NCBI GenBank assembly: GCA_965247115.1 | Contig: CBDFGR010000002.1 | Coordinates: forward strand, 384,001-448,000 | Length of the DNA stretch: 64,000 nt | From: Myxococcota bacterium | GTDB lineage: Bacteria > Myxococcota_A > UBA9160 > SZUA-336 | Direction of reading: 5' to 3' | Shown here: positions 39,324 to 48,766 of the stretch, piece after piece | Position numbering within the stretch: the stretch's first letter is position 1 | How the letters are laid out: every line of letters starts with the position of its first letter | The notes under the pieces: generated by a model | The model's input: the letters and a program-made list of their open reading frames with translations, nothing else | Databases searched by the model: none | Told to the model about the DNA's origin: nothing | Translations under genes and position numbers: made by a program

Positions 39324-40844
39324 ATGCTTGAGACCCTCAGCAAAGGATTCCGCAACGCCCGCGAGAAGTTCCAGGGAATCACCCGACTGAGCGAGGAGAA
39401 CATCGCGGACGCGCTGCGCGAGGTCCGTATCTCCTTGCTCGAGGCGGACGTCGACCTCGGCATTGTTCGAGACTTCCTGGAAAAGGTGAGTGAACGCTGC
39501 CTGGGGGAGAGCGTCAGGCTGCGGGCGGGCAAACGAGGCCGCCAGGCCCACATCACACCAGGAGACCACTTCACAAAGGCATGCTACGAGGAGCTCATTG
39601 CCCTGATGGGCGCCGAGGAGCCCATCGAGCCGGCTCCAACGCGCACGCGGGTCCTGATGATGGTCGGACTGCAGGGTACGGGCAAGACTACGACCTGCGC
39701 CAAGCTGGCCCTCCACCTGACGAACGCGGGCGAGGAGCCGCTGCTCGTCGGGGCGGACGTGCGAAGGCCGGCCGCCCGGGAGCAGCTCCGCGTGCTCGCG
39801 GAGCAGGTGGGCGTGGAGGTGTTCGCCCCGGAGGGCGAGGACGCGGCCGAGATCTGTGCCAGGGCGCTCGCCTACGCGCGCGAAAAGCGAAAGAACACCG
39901 TGATCCTCGACACGGCGGGGCGACTTCAGATCGACGCTGAGCTGATGGAGGAGCTCGGGCGAATCCACGCCCGCACTTCGCCGGAGCTCACGACGCTCGT
40001 GTGCGACTCGATGATGGGGCGCGAGGCCGTCAACGTCGCCAAGGGCTTCGCGGAGCGGCTCGAGCTGAACGGCCTGATCCTGACCAAGCTGGACGGCGAC
40101 TCGCGGGGGGGCGCAGCGCTCGCGATTCGCGCGGCCACCGGCATCCCGATTCGCTGCATCACGATGGGCGAAGGCAACGACCGACTCGAGACCTTCCGCC
40201 CGGAGGGGCTCGCCTCTCGCATCCTCGGCATGGGCGACGTCGTGGGTCTGATCCAGGACTTCGAGGAGGTTGTGGACGTCGAGGAGGCCGAGAAGGAAGC
40301 CGAGCGCATGCTGCGCGGGAACTTCAGCCTCGAGAGCTTCCTCAGCCAGCTCCGCATGCTGCAGAAGATGGGTCCGCTCAAGGAGCTCGTGGAGAAGATC
40401 CCGGGCATGAGCGACATGCTCCCCGAAGGTGCAAGCCTCGAGTCCGGTCAGCTGAAGAAGATCGAGGCCATGATCCTCTCGATGACGGCTCGGGAGCGCG
40501 TGCAACCCGAGATCCTCGATGCCTCCCGCCAGGAGCGCATCGCGCGCGGTTCGGGCACGCAGCGTCGCGACCTGGCGGACATGCTCGAGCGTTTCGGCGC
40601 CATGCGTACGCTCATGGGACAGATCGGCCAGTCCGGTCCCGGCATCCTTGGCAAGGTGCCGGGACTCGGCAAGATGTTCGGCGGTGGCACTCCCGGTATT
40701 CCCGGCGGACTCGACCCTGCGCAGCTGGGGCTCGCTGGCGCCCCCAACCGCCGGGCCGCACGGGCGCAAAAGGCCGACGACCGGCGTCAGAAGCGCAAGC
40801 AGATGCGCAAGCACAAGCGCCGAGGCAAGGGCAAGAAGCGGTGA
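39324..40844 (+). CDS. ffh: Signal recognition particle protein
   Basis: LLEADV, GLQGTGKTTT, DTAGR, TKLDGD, SRILGMGD; M domain. Confidence 0.96.
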   Translation: MLETLSKGFRNAREKFQGITRLSEENIADALREVRISLLEADVDLGIVRDFLEKVSERCLGESVRLRAGKRGRQAHITPGDHFTKACYEELIALMGAEEPIEPAPTRTRVLMMVGLQGTGKTTTCAKLALHLTNAGEEPLLVGADVRRPAAREQLRVLAEQVGVEVFAPEGEDAAEICARALAYAREKRKNTVILDTAGRLQIDAELMEELGRIHARTSPELTTLVCDSMMGREAVNVAKGFAERLELNGLILTKLDGDSRGGAALAIRAATGIPIRCITMGEGNDRLETFRPEGLASRILGMGDVVGLIQDFEEVVDVEEAEKEAERMLRGNFSLESFLSQLRMLQKMGPLKELVEKIPGMSDMLPEGASLESGQLKKIEAMILSMTARERVQPEILDASRQERIARGSGTQRRDLADMLERFGAMRTLMGQIGQSGPGILGKVPGLGKMFGGGTPGIPGGLDPAQLGLAGAPNRRAARAQKADDRRQKRKQMRKHKRRGKGKKR

Positions 40845-40975
40845 GTCTTGTGGGACCCGGGCCGCGGAACGGCCGCGGACGGCCTTGTGGGACCCGGGCC
40901 GCGGGCGGCCGCGGCCCACCCACCTCCGCTCAGGGCTACGCCCTTCGCTGCGCGCGTCGCTTAGCGACGCTTGCA
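40845..40975 (+). repeat. REP-like repeat, copy 6 (preceded by a partial unit)
   Basis: GTCTTGTGGGACCC begins directly after the ffh TGA; full unit from ~40884. Confidence 0.88.
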
Positions 40976-41020
40976 GGGTTCATGGTTCCGGCGGTTGTGT
41001 GATCTTTCCGGCGATTGTGG

Positions 41021-42715
41021 TTAGGCGGCGCTTGCGAGGTGGGCTTTCTGGTGGGCGCGGTTGGCGGCGCTGAGCACCGCCTCGAGCGACGCCCGTACGA
41101 TGTTCGCGTGGCGAGCGACGCCGAAGGACGTGGAGCCGGATCCGGTGGCGACCTCGACATAGGCTACTGCCAACGCGTCCGCTCCTACTCCGAGCGAGTG
41201 CTCGCTGTAGTCCGCAACGCGCAGGTCGATCCCGAGCTCGCTCCGCAGCCCGGCAACGAAGGCGTCGATCGGCCCGTTCCCCGTTCCGCGCAAGCTCCGA
41301 GGCTGACCGTGGACCACGATCCTGGCGTCGAGGTCGATCCGCTCCGCATTGTCCGGATCGGGCATCGCGTGGTGCTCCAGGTAGGAATAGGGTTCGCTCA
41401 TCGCCAGGTACTCACTCTCGAAGGCCTGCCAGAGCTGTTCGGGCGCAACCTCCGTGCCGGTCTTCTCCGCGAGCTTCTGGACCACCTGGCTGAACTCGAT
41501 CTGCAAGCGGCGCGGTAGGTGCAGTCCGTGGTCCTCCTCCATCACGTAGGCCACCCCACCCTTACCCGACTGGCTGTTGATGCGGACCAGGGCATCGTAG
41601 CTGCGGCCGATGTCGGCCGGATCGATGGGCAGGTACGGCACTTCCCAGCGCTCGGATCCGCCCCGACCCCGGGCGTCGAAGCCCTTCTTGATCGCGTCCT
41701 GGTGCGACCCGGAGAAGGCGGTGAACACGAGCTCTCCCGCGTAGGGATGCCGCGGGTGCACGGGCAGACGGGTGCAATGCTCCGCGATCTGTCGGAGCGC
41801 GTAGAGGTCGCTCAGGTCGAGCCCAGGATCGACGCCCTGCGTGTGCAGGTTCATGGCCAGCGTGATCACGTCGACGTTTCCGGTGCGTTCGCCGTTGCCG
41901 AACAGCGTTCCCTCCACACGCTCGGCCCCGGCCATCTGGGCCAGCTCGGCCGCAGCGACGGCCGTACCCCGATCGTTGTGCGGGTGAACGCTGAGGATGA
42001 TGGAGTCCCGTCCGGCGACACGGCGACCGAAGGCCTCGATCTGATCCGCGTAGATGTTCGGTGTCGCCATTTCGACGGTGGCCGGTAGGTTGACGATCAT
42101 GCGGCGCTCCGGCGTGGGACCCCATACCTGCATGACCGCCTCGCAGATCTCCAGTGCGAAAGGGAGCTCGGTGCCCGTGAAGCTCTCCGGCGAGTACTCG
42201 AAGACGATGTCGATCTCGGGCAGCTCGTCTGCGAGCTTGCGCACCAGCTCCGCGCCACGGACCGCGATGCCCACGATCCCTATGGGATCGAGACCAAACA
42301 CCACTCGGCGCTGGAGCTCGGACGTGGAGTTGTAGAGGTGGACAATCACGCGACGCGCACCTCGGATCGACTCGAAGGTGCGCCCGATGAGCTCGTCGCG
42401 TGCCTGTGTGAGCACCTGGATCGTGACGTCTTCGGGGATCCGATCCTTCTCGATCAGCTCGCGGACGAAGTCAAACTCCGTCTGTGAGGCGCTCGGAAAG
42501 CCGACCTCGATCTCCTTGAATCCGACGTCGACTAGCCCGTCGAACATGCGGCGCTTGCGCTCCACGCTCATCGGCTCGATCAGGGCCTGGTTTCCATCGC
42601 GCAGGTCCACACTGCACCAGGTCGGCGCGCGCTCGATCATGCGACCTGGCCAGCGCCGATCCGGCAGCCAGATCGGCTCGAAGGGCTGGTACTTGTGGTT
42701 GGGCATTGCGGTCAT
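41021..42715 (-). CDS. leuA: 2-isopropylmalate synthase (yeast/actinobacterial type)
   Basis: WCSVDLRDGNQ, YSPESF, HPHNDRG, GNGERTGN, GNGPID. Confidence 0.96.
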   Translation of the reverse strand: MTAMPNHKYQPFEPIWLPDRRWPGRMIERAPTWCSVDLRDGNQALIEPMSVERKRRMFDGLVDVGFKEIEVGFPSASQTEFDFVRELIEKDRIPEDVTIQVLTQARDELIGRTFESIRGARRVIVHLYNSTSELQRRVVFGLDPIGIVGIAVRGAELVRKLADELPEIDIVFEYSPESFTGTELPFALEICEAVMQVWGPTPERRMIVNLPATVEMATPNIYADQIEAFGRRVAGRDSIILSVHPHNDRGTAVAAAELAQMAGAERVEGTLFGNGERTGNVDVITLAMNLHTQGVDPGLDLSDLYALRQIAEHCTRLPVHPRHPYAGELVFTAFSGSHQDAIKKGFDARGRGGSERWEVPYLPIDPADIGRSYDALVRINSQSGKGGVAYVMEEDHGLHLPRRLQIEFSQVVQKLAEKTGTEVAPEQLWQAFESEYLAMSEPYSYLEHHAMPDPDNAERIDLDARIVVHGQPRSLRGTGNGPIDAFVAGLRSELGIDLRVADYSEHSLGVGADALAVAYVEVATGSGSTSFGVARHANIVRASLEAVLSAANRAHQKAHLASAA

Positions 42716-42789
42716 CTTCGTTCCTCACGGCCGGTCGACCCGGGGCCGCCGACCTCACTCGGTGAAAGCTCGGAAAGCGCGTGCGATTG

Positions 42790-42892
42790 CAGGGCGGTTA
42801 CGGCCATCGGCAGGCCAGTGATCGGGCCGACGACCGCCGCTAAGGGCGAGGCCGAAGAACGAGCAGCGCTGGGAGGCGTGGAAAACGCTCAT
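42790..42892 (-). promoter_or_regulatory. Candidate leuA attenuator: Leu-rich leader peptide plus hairpin
   Basis: CTG CTC GTT CTT...TAG run one base out of frame with ATG 42892, followed by a GC hairpin. Confidence 0.5.
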
Positions 42893-43155
42893 GGTATGCG
42901 AACCTTGTTCGAGAAACAGACAGACTACGGAGAGAAAGGGATCGTCCCGGCGCCCTCAGGCGACCGGGCCGCTAAGCCTCTCCAGGAGAATCTGTCGGTC
43001 GGTTCGCAACATCGAGCCCGGCACGTTACACACCGCGCCCGCGGCGGTCAAGCAGAAGCGCGCAGTTTCGGTCGCGCATTGGCCGAATCTGGTGAACACC
43101 CGCGCAGCGGGAGTCCGCGGGCGGCGCCTCCCGGCGTCCCGAGCCGGCATGCCGC

Positions 43156-44340
43156 TTGCTCGGCTCTGCTGGAAGTTGGGAGGCGAGAGGTGAACGAGAG
43201 GATACCGCGCGTTGGCTGCGCCGGCGACGCAATCGCCTCCCGGTGCTCGCTCTGGTCGAGACCAAGGAGCTTCCGGAGGCCTCCGAGCTCTTCGGGTCTG
43301 GTGTCGAAGAGCTCGTGGTGAGAAACGCATCGGCCCGCGAGAACTTGATCGCGCGAGTGGACAGCTTGCGTCCGCGCGATTCTGGCGAGCCGCGCATGAG
43401 GGGCGTCGAACGCATCGCCGCCCGGAGTCCCGCGATGCGCGCGGTGCTGCAGCTCGTCGAGAAGGCGCAGCGGAGTCGGGCCACGGTCTTGATCCAGGGA
43501 GAAACCGGCACGGGCAAGGAAGTGATCGCTCGCGCGGTCCACGAAGGGGGTCGCAATCGCCGCGGGCCCTTCGTCGCACTCAACTGCGCCGCCTTTCCCG
43601 AGACGCTGCTCGAGAGCGAGCTCTTCGGCTCCGAACGAGGCGCCTTCACCGGAGCGAACCGCTCGCGCGCTGGTCACTTCGAGCAGGCAAGCGGGGGCAC
43701 GCTGTTCCTCGACGAGATCGGAGAGACCTCGCTCGGCTTTCAGGTCAAGCTGCTCCGCGCCATCCAGGAAGGGGTCATCCGCCGGCTCGGCGCTACCCGT
43801 GAAGTGCGCGTGGACGTGCGGATCGTGGCGGCAACGAACCGTGAGCTAGAGCACTCGGTGGAGCTCGGAGAGTTCCGGCGCGATCTCTACTATCGGCTCA
43901 ACGTCTTCCCGATTTCGATGCCGCCGCTACGCGCGCGCTGCGAGGACATCGTTCCGCTGGTTCGCCAGTTTCTCGAGGCCAGTCCAGACAACGACTCGCT
44001 CCGGGACGTCTCCGAAGACGCCGCTCGTCTGCTTGAGACCTACACCTGGCCGGGAAACGTCCGCGAGCTGGAGAACGAAGTCGCACGGATGATCGCTCAC
44101 GCGACCGGCGAAGCGGAGCTGACGGCCCGCATGCTCTCCCCCCAGATTCGCGACGTCTCGCCGGCATTGCCCGGCGAGCTCTCCTCGGAGAGCCTGCGGG
44201 AGACCATGGCCCGCTTCGAAGCCTGGGTGCTTCGCGGAGCGTTGGAGCGCCACGGTCAGCGCCGCATCGCCACCGCGCGAAGCCTGGGCATCACGCGCGA
44301 GTGTCTCTACAAGAAGCTGAAGCGGTATGGGATGCAGTAG
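43156..44340 (+). CDS. Sigma54-dependent enhancer-binding protein (AAA+ plus Fis HTH); N-terminus uncertain
   Basis: GETGTGKE, ESELFG, GAFTGA, LFLDEIG, DLYYRLNV, WPGNVREL, C-terminal HTH. Confidence 0.93.
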   Translation: MLGSAGSWEARGEREDTARWLRRRRNRLPVLALVETKELPEASELFGSGVEELVVRNASARENLIARVDSLRPRDSGEPRMRGVERIAARSPAMRAVLQLVEKAQRSRATVLIQGETGTGKEVIARAVHEGGRNRRGPFVALNCAAFPETLLESELFGSERGAFTGANRSRAGHFEQASGGTLFLDEIGETSLGFQVKLLRAIQEGVIRRLGATREVRVDVRIVAATNRELEHSVELGEFRRDLYYRLNVFPISMPPLRARCEDIVPLVRQFLEASPDNDSLRDVSEDAARLLETYTWPGNVRELENEVARMIAHATGEAELTARMLSPQIRDVSPALPGELSSESLRETMARFEAWVLRGALERHGQRRIATARSLGITRECLYKKLKRYGMQ

Positions 44341-44369
44341 TGGACATGCGGATCGCATGTAGATATGTT
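44341..44369 (+). promoter_or_regulatory. Toxin-antitoxin promoter with palindromic operator
   Basis: TGGACA, 17 bp, TATGTT; overlapping palindrome ACATGCG-GAT-CGCATGT (44344-44360). Confidence 0.65.
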
Positions 44370-44375
44370 TTGTGC

Positions 44376-44621
44376 ATGGGAATGGTCCAGATCAGGAACG
44401 TCCCAGACGGTCTCCACCGGGAGCTAAAGGCGAGAGCCGCGCTGGCTGGGATGTCGCTGTCGGACTACCTGCTTCGCGTCCTGCGTAGAGAGGTCGACCG
44501 GCCCTCGCGGGAGCAGTGGCTGCGTGAGCTCTCGGAGCGCGAGCCGATCGATGTCGGAACGCTGCCGGAGGAGATCATTCGGGAGCAGCGCGGACCGCTC
44601 CCCGTCGATGAGGACAACTGA
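44376..44621 (+). CDS. Ribbon-helix-helix antitoxin (FitA/VapB-like)
   Basis: VQIRNVPDGLHRELKARAALAGMSLSDYL; directly upstream of a PIN toxin. Confidence 0.88.
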   Translation: MGMVQIRNVPDGLHRELKARAALAGMSLSDYLLRVLRREVDRPSREQWLRELSEREPIDVGTLPEEIIREQRGPLPVDEDN

Positions 44622-44627
44622 GCTGCA

Positions 44628-45020
44628 GTGCTTGTCCTAGATGCGTCGGCCCTGGTGCACCTGGTGGTCCCTTCCGGGCACGCCGCCTACCTGCAGCGGG
44701 CGATCGACGATCCAGAGGAAACGCTCCACGCTCCGCACCTGATAGACGTCGAGGTGACGCACGCTCTGCGCGGCCTGACGCGGCGGGGTGCGATCACGGA
44801 ACGCGTAGCGGCGCTCGCGCTACGCACCGCGTTGGGAGTCGATCTCCAGCGCTACGCCCACACGGACCTGCTGCCGCGGGTCTGGGAGCTGCGCCACAAT
44901 GCGACGGCGGACGATGCAATCTATCTCGCGCTGGCCGAGGTGCTCCGAGCACCGCTCGTAACCCGAGATGCACGGCTCCGAGACGTTCCCAGCTGTCGAG
45001 CGCACATAGAAGTGATCTGA
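44628..45020 (+). CDS. vapC: PIN-domain VapC toxin
   Basis: VLDASA, APHLIDVEV, DAIYLALAE, LVTRD. Confidence 0.88.
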   Translation: MLVLDASALVHLVVPSGHAAYLQRAIDDPEETLHAPHLIDVEVTHALRGLTRRGAITERVAALALRTALGVDLQRYAHTDLLPRVWELRHNATADDAIYLALAEVLRAPLVTRDARLRDVPSCRAHIEVI

Positions 45021-45080
45021 TGAACGTGCGCAGCCATACGCAAGCCGAGCGGAACATTGATCTTCACTTGTTGACTCACT

Positions 45081-45968
45081 CTAAGAACCCTGAGTCGCTC
45101 CCTTGAGGCGGGCGATCCGCTCGTCGAGCGATGGGTGCGTCGAGAAAAGTCTGCGCAGTCCGCCAGCGCGGCCGCCAGAGATCCCGAACGCGGCCAGCTG
45201 ATCGGGGAGTGGCTCGGCTCCCGCCTTCAAGCGCTCCAGCGCGGCGACCATCTTGCCGGTCCCCGCCAGACGGGCGCCGCCGGCATCCGCGCGAAATTCG
45301 CGCAGACGCGAGAACCACATGACGATCACGCTGGCCAGCACCGCAAGCACGAGCTGCGCGATGATCGAGGTCACGTAGTAGGCGATGCCGTGACCACGTT
45401 CCGTCTTGAACACGACCCTGTCCACGTAGTGGCCAATGATCCGCGCGAAGAAGATCACGAAGGTGTTCACAACGCCCTGGATCAGGGCAAGCGTCACCAT
45501 GTCGCCGTTCGCGATGTGACTCACCTCGTGTCCCAGTACTGCGTCCACCTCGTCGCGCTGCATGCGCTGCAGCAGGCCCGTGCTCACGGCCACGAGCGCA
45601 CTGTTGCGGCGAGCACCCGTCGCGAAGGCGTTGGGAGTGGGGGACTCGAAGATCGCAACCTGGGGAGCGCCAATTCCCGCGGCCTCCGCGTGCTGGTGCA
45701 CCCTCTGTACCAGCCAGCTCTCGGTCTCGCCCCGCGGGTCAGCGATCACCTGCGCGCCCGTCATGCGCTTGGCGACCCATTTCGACATCGCAAGCGAGAT
45801 GAACGACCCGCCCATGCCGATGACGAGCGCCATCACGAACAGGCTACCGAGGTTCAGATCGACGCCCCGCTCATCGAGCACGCCCTCCAAGCCCAGCAGC
45901 TGGAAGACGGTCCCCAGCACCATGAGGATGGCGAGGTTTGTCAGGAGAAACAGAAGGATTCGCTTCAT
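45081..45968 (-). CDS. htpX: Membrane zinc metalloprotease HtpX
   Basis: PNAFATG, HEVSH (HExxH), [19 protein letters not shown]. Confidence 0.96.
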   Translation of the reverse strand: MKRILLFLLTNLAILMVLGTVFQLLGLEGVLDERGVDLNLGSLFVMALVIGMGGSFISLAMSKWVAKRMTGAQVIADPRGETESWLVQRVHQHAEAAGIGAPQVAIFESPTPNAFATGARRNSALVAVSTGLLQRMQRDEVDAVLGHEVSHIANGDMVTLALIQGVVNTFVIFFARIIGHYVDRVVFKTERGHGIAYYVTSIIAQLVLAVLASVIVMWFSRLREFRADAGGARLAGTGKMVAALERLKAGAEPLPDQLAAFGISGGRAGGLRRLFSTHPSLDERIARLKGATQGS

Positions 45969-46119
45969 CTGGTGCTCCAGCTTCGATCGGGCGGACTCTA
46001 TCGAATCGGGACTTGCCCGGCTCTCAGAGGCGCACCAACGCTGCAGGCGCGACCTAGCACCTGAAGCTCAGGGGCTGCACCCCGAGCCTGGAGGGAGGCC
46101 AGCCGAGGCCGTTGCCGGA

Positions 46120-46135
46120 CGGCACGGCCTTTGCT
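46120..46135 (+). promoter_or_regulatory. Sigma54 (-24/-12) promoter
   Basis: CGGCACGGCCTTTGCT = GG-N10-GC, matching YGGCACG-N4-TTGCW. Confidence 0.75.
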
Positions 46136-46147
46136 CTACCCACCGGC

Positions 46148-46970
46148 ATGAACACGTCCAGTCATTGGGACGACGAAGTGGAGCGGGGATTCGAGGGAAG
46201 GGCCGAGCGCCACGATCAGGCTCACAAGCGGGCGCAGGCCTACGCGGCCCGCAGGAGCGCCTTCTGGGAGGAGTTCGTCCGCTACCTCGGGGTCACGCTG
46301 CTCCTGCTCTGGATCGTCCGGCCGCTGGGAGTCGTCGTCGCGATCTGCTGGGGGCTCAAGCTGTGGACTCGCTACTCGCGTCTTCACGTCGCTCCCAGAC
46401 TGAGGGAGCACTGGACCGAGCGTGAGCTCGAGCGGCAGGCGCGGCGGGCACCGCGGCGCCGCGCTCGCCACCGCGGCGCGAGTAAGCCCTCGGAAGCACG
46501 AGACCTGCTCGAGCGCGTGGGTGACGACCCGGATTCTTCGGTGAACCTGCGGCTCGCCCGAGACGCCCTTGCCGATGCCGAGCGTTTCAGCGGCTCGGAC
46601 AGCGGCACTTCGGAGGCTTCTTCGGCGCATGGCACCGCCTTCAACGTTGCCGACGTCCTCGAGCAAACCCTGGCTTCGCAACGCGAGCGGCTGGAGCGCG
46701 GGGGGATCGGGCTGTCCGTGGAGTTCGACAGCGTTGGCCGCATTCGGGGCCGACGCAAGCCAGCTGGCGACCGCCTTTTGCGAAGTGCTGGAGTCGGCCA
46801 TCGACTCGCTTGAAGCGAGCCAGACTCCGCGGCCTCGCATCGAGGTGGAGATGGGAGAGAACCTCGCCCGAACGCAGGTCTGGGTGCGGATCCGTCACAA
46901 CGGGCCCAGCCCGGGCTCGCGCGACGACGAGGAGATCATTCTTTCAAAGAACGGGGAGGAACAGTCATGA
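46148..46970 (+). CDS. Two-TM protein with degenerate histidine-kinase remnants (apparent frameshift near 46746-46750)
   Basis: Two TM segments; joining ORFs 46112 and 46569 gives IRADASQLATAF..ESAIDSL..VRIRHNGP, a truncated HATPase-like pattern; no H-box. Confidence 0.6.
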
Positions 46971-47716
46971 CAAGCGAACGACCGCGTGGGTTTTTTCGGC
47001 GCGTGAGGAGCCTCATCCAGGGCGTGTTTGGAAGCTGGATCCGGGACCGCGAGCACGAGAACCCGAGAGCCGTATACGAGAGCGCCATCCAGGAGCGCAT
47101 GAGCCACTACGCACAGCTCAAGCAGGCGGTGGCCGGGATTCTGTACATGCGCAACAAGCTGCACGCCGAGATTCGCGAGCGCCGGAGCGAGATCAGTCGC
47201 GTGCGCGAGGACATCGACCGTGCGGTGAAGCGCGCGGACGACGAGGTCGCCCTCGCGCTCATCTCGCATCGGGACTCCTTACAAGGGGACCTCGAGCGGT
47301 CCGAGGGAGAGCTCGACGCCGTTCGGCGCGAGGTCGACAGCTCGCGCAAGAACCTGATCACGTTCCGCAGCGAGATCCAGGCGCTCGAACGCGAGAAGGT
47401 GCGGATGCTCGCCTCGCTGGCCAGCTCCCGCGCCAGGCGCCGCATCCAGAACGCGCTGGAGGGACTGTCCGTGGAGGGCGACATGCGCGCGCTCGAGTCT
47501 GTCCGCGAGCACATCGGCCATCTGGAAGCAGAAGGCCGGGTGGAGCTCGAGGTCGAGGATGGGGGTCTGCAGAAGCGCATGAAGCAGATCCGCGCCGAGG
47601 CACGTCTGGAAGGTGCGCGCCGCGAGCTCGAGGAGATGAAGCGCGCACTCGGCACCGAGCGCCTCCCGCGTCCGGAGACGGACAACAGCAGAGTGGTCAG
47701 CCTCTCCCCGAGCTGA
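46967..47716 (+). CDS. pspA: PspA/IM30 family protein
   Basis: GFFRRV..ENPRAVYE..LKQAVA; long coiled coil; DDEVALALI. Confidence 0.85.
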   Translation: MTSERPRGFFRRVRSLIQGVFGSWIRDREHENPRAVYESAIQERMSHYAQLKQAVAGILYMRNKLHAEIRERRSEISRVREDIDRAVKRADDEVALALISHRDSLQGDLERSEGELDAVRREVDSSRKNLITFRSEIQALEREKVRMLASLASSRARRRIQNALEGLSVEGDMRALESVREHIGHLEAEGRVELEVEDGGLQKRMKQIRAEARLEGARRELEEMKRALGTERLPRPETDNSRVVSLSPS

Positions 47717-47737
47717 GAGCAGCCATCACGCCCGAAG

Positions 47738-47773
47738 GCAGGCCCCCGGTGCCAGGCGTACCGGGGGCCTTGC
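47738..47773. terminator. GC-rich hairpin after pspA
   Basis: AGGCCCCCGGT...ACCGGGGGCCT stem; no U-tract. Confidence 0.45.
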
Positions 47774-47823
47774 TCCGCAAGGGCCGCGTTCGCGGCGTTT
47801 GCGGAGAAGACTACTCTCCGGGC

Positions 47824-48540
47824 GTGCGACCCGTCATCGGCATGCCTACCTGCCTCGACGATCGAGGCCGGTGGAGAAGTGGCCGCAGGTATCACTACGT
47901 CGATGCCAGCTACGCCAGCGCGCTAGGGATCGCGGGCGCGCTGCCGCTCTACCTGCCGCTCTCGAGCGATCCCGCACCGCTCATCCAAAAAATCGACGCG
48001 CTGCTGCTGCCGGGCGGCGACGACATCCCTCCCCCCGTCCCCTACCCCGCGCACGTGCGCTTCGACCCGGCGCCGGAGGATCAGCTCGCGTTCGACCGCG
48101 CGCTGCTCGATGCAGCCCTCACGCGGAACTTGCCCGTGCTTGGCATCTGCTACGGCGCCCAGCTCCTGGTCCTTCGCGAGGCGGGCGCGCTCCACTACGA
48201 CATCGCGAACGACGTGCCGGCCGCCGCTCCGCACAAGCTCGATGAATCTTGCGGGCGGCACGCCATCTCGGTCGAACCGGGCACCCGACTCGCCTCCGTC
48301 CTGGGCCAGCCCCTAGATCCCGTGAACAGCCTGCACCACCAGGGCATCGCAGACGCCGGTCCGAGCCTGCGCGTCGCCGCTCGTGCACCGGACGGAACGA
48401 TCGAGGCGGTCGAGGCACCGGGCCCCGTGTTTACCCTCGGCGTACAGTGGCATCCAGAGAAGCTCGCTGGGTCGCACCGCGAGCTGCTGTTCCGCGCCTT
48501 CGTCTCAGCCGCCGAGGGATACCGCCAGGAAAGCCGCTAA
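47824..48540 (+). CDS. Gamma-glutamyl hydrolase, PuuD/peptidase C26 family
   Basis: RPVIG, LLPGGDD, LGICYG, NSLHHQ, GVQWHPE. Confidence 0.9.
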   Translation: MRPVIGMPTCLDDRGRWRSGRRYHYVDASYASALGIAGALPLYLPLSSDPAPLIQKIDALLLPGGDDIPPPVPYPAHVRFDPAPEDQLAFDRALLDAALTRNLPVLGICYGAQLLVLREAGALHYDIANDVPAAAPHKLDESCGRHAISVEPGTRLASVLGQPLDPVNSLHHQGIADAGPSLRVAARAPDGTIEAVEAPGPVFTLGVQWHPEKLAGSHRELLFRAFVSAAEGYRQESR

Positions 48541-48544
48541 CCCG

Positions 48545-48685
48545 CAACCAGGTGCCGCGCGCCTCCGCGAGAAAGGGCTCGATGTTGGATGTGCTCGGGC
48601 TCTTGCGCACGGGGTGGTTGGACAGCTCGGTCAGCTGGGTCAGGTCTGCGCCAGTCGCGCAGCGGATCTCGAGCGGCCTCTGGGA
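48545..48685 (-). pseudogene. Remnant of a GNAT acetyltransferase N-terminus (YncA/Pat-like)
   Basis: Reads LEIRCATGADLTQLTELSNHPVRKSPSTSNIEPFLAEARGTW; no clear start, remainder missing. Confidence 0.5.
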
Positions 48686-48766
48686 TGTAGAGTGCCAGGA
48701 TGCTCGACCCGACCGCCGGACGCGCTACCCTCGCGCGTTCCGCTTGATACCCACATCGCACAGCCC

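Noticed and set aside
46810..47823. 576-aa ORF implying a large N-terminal extension on the C26 hydrolase
   Set aside because: Overlaps pspA out of frame; homology starts at VRPVIG (47824)
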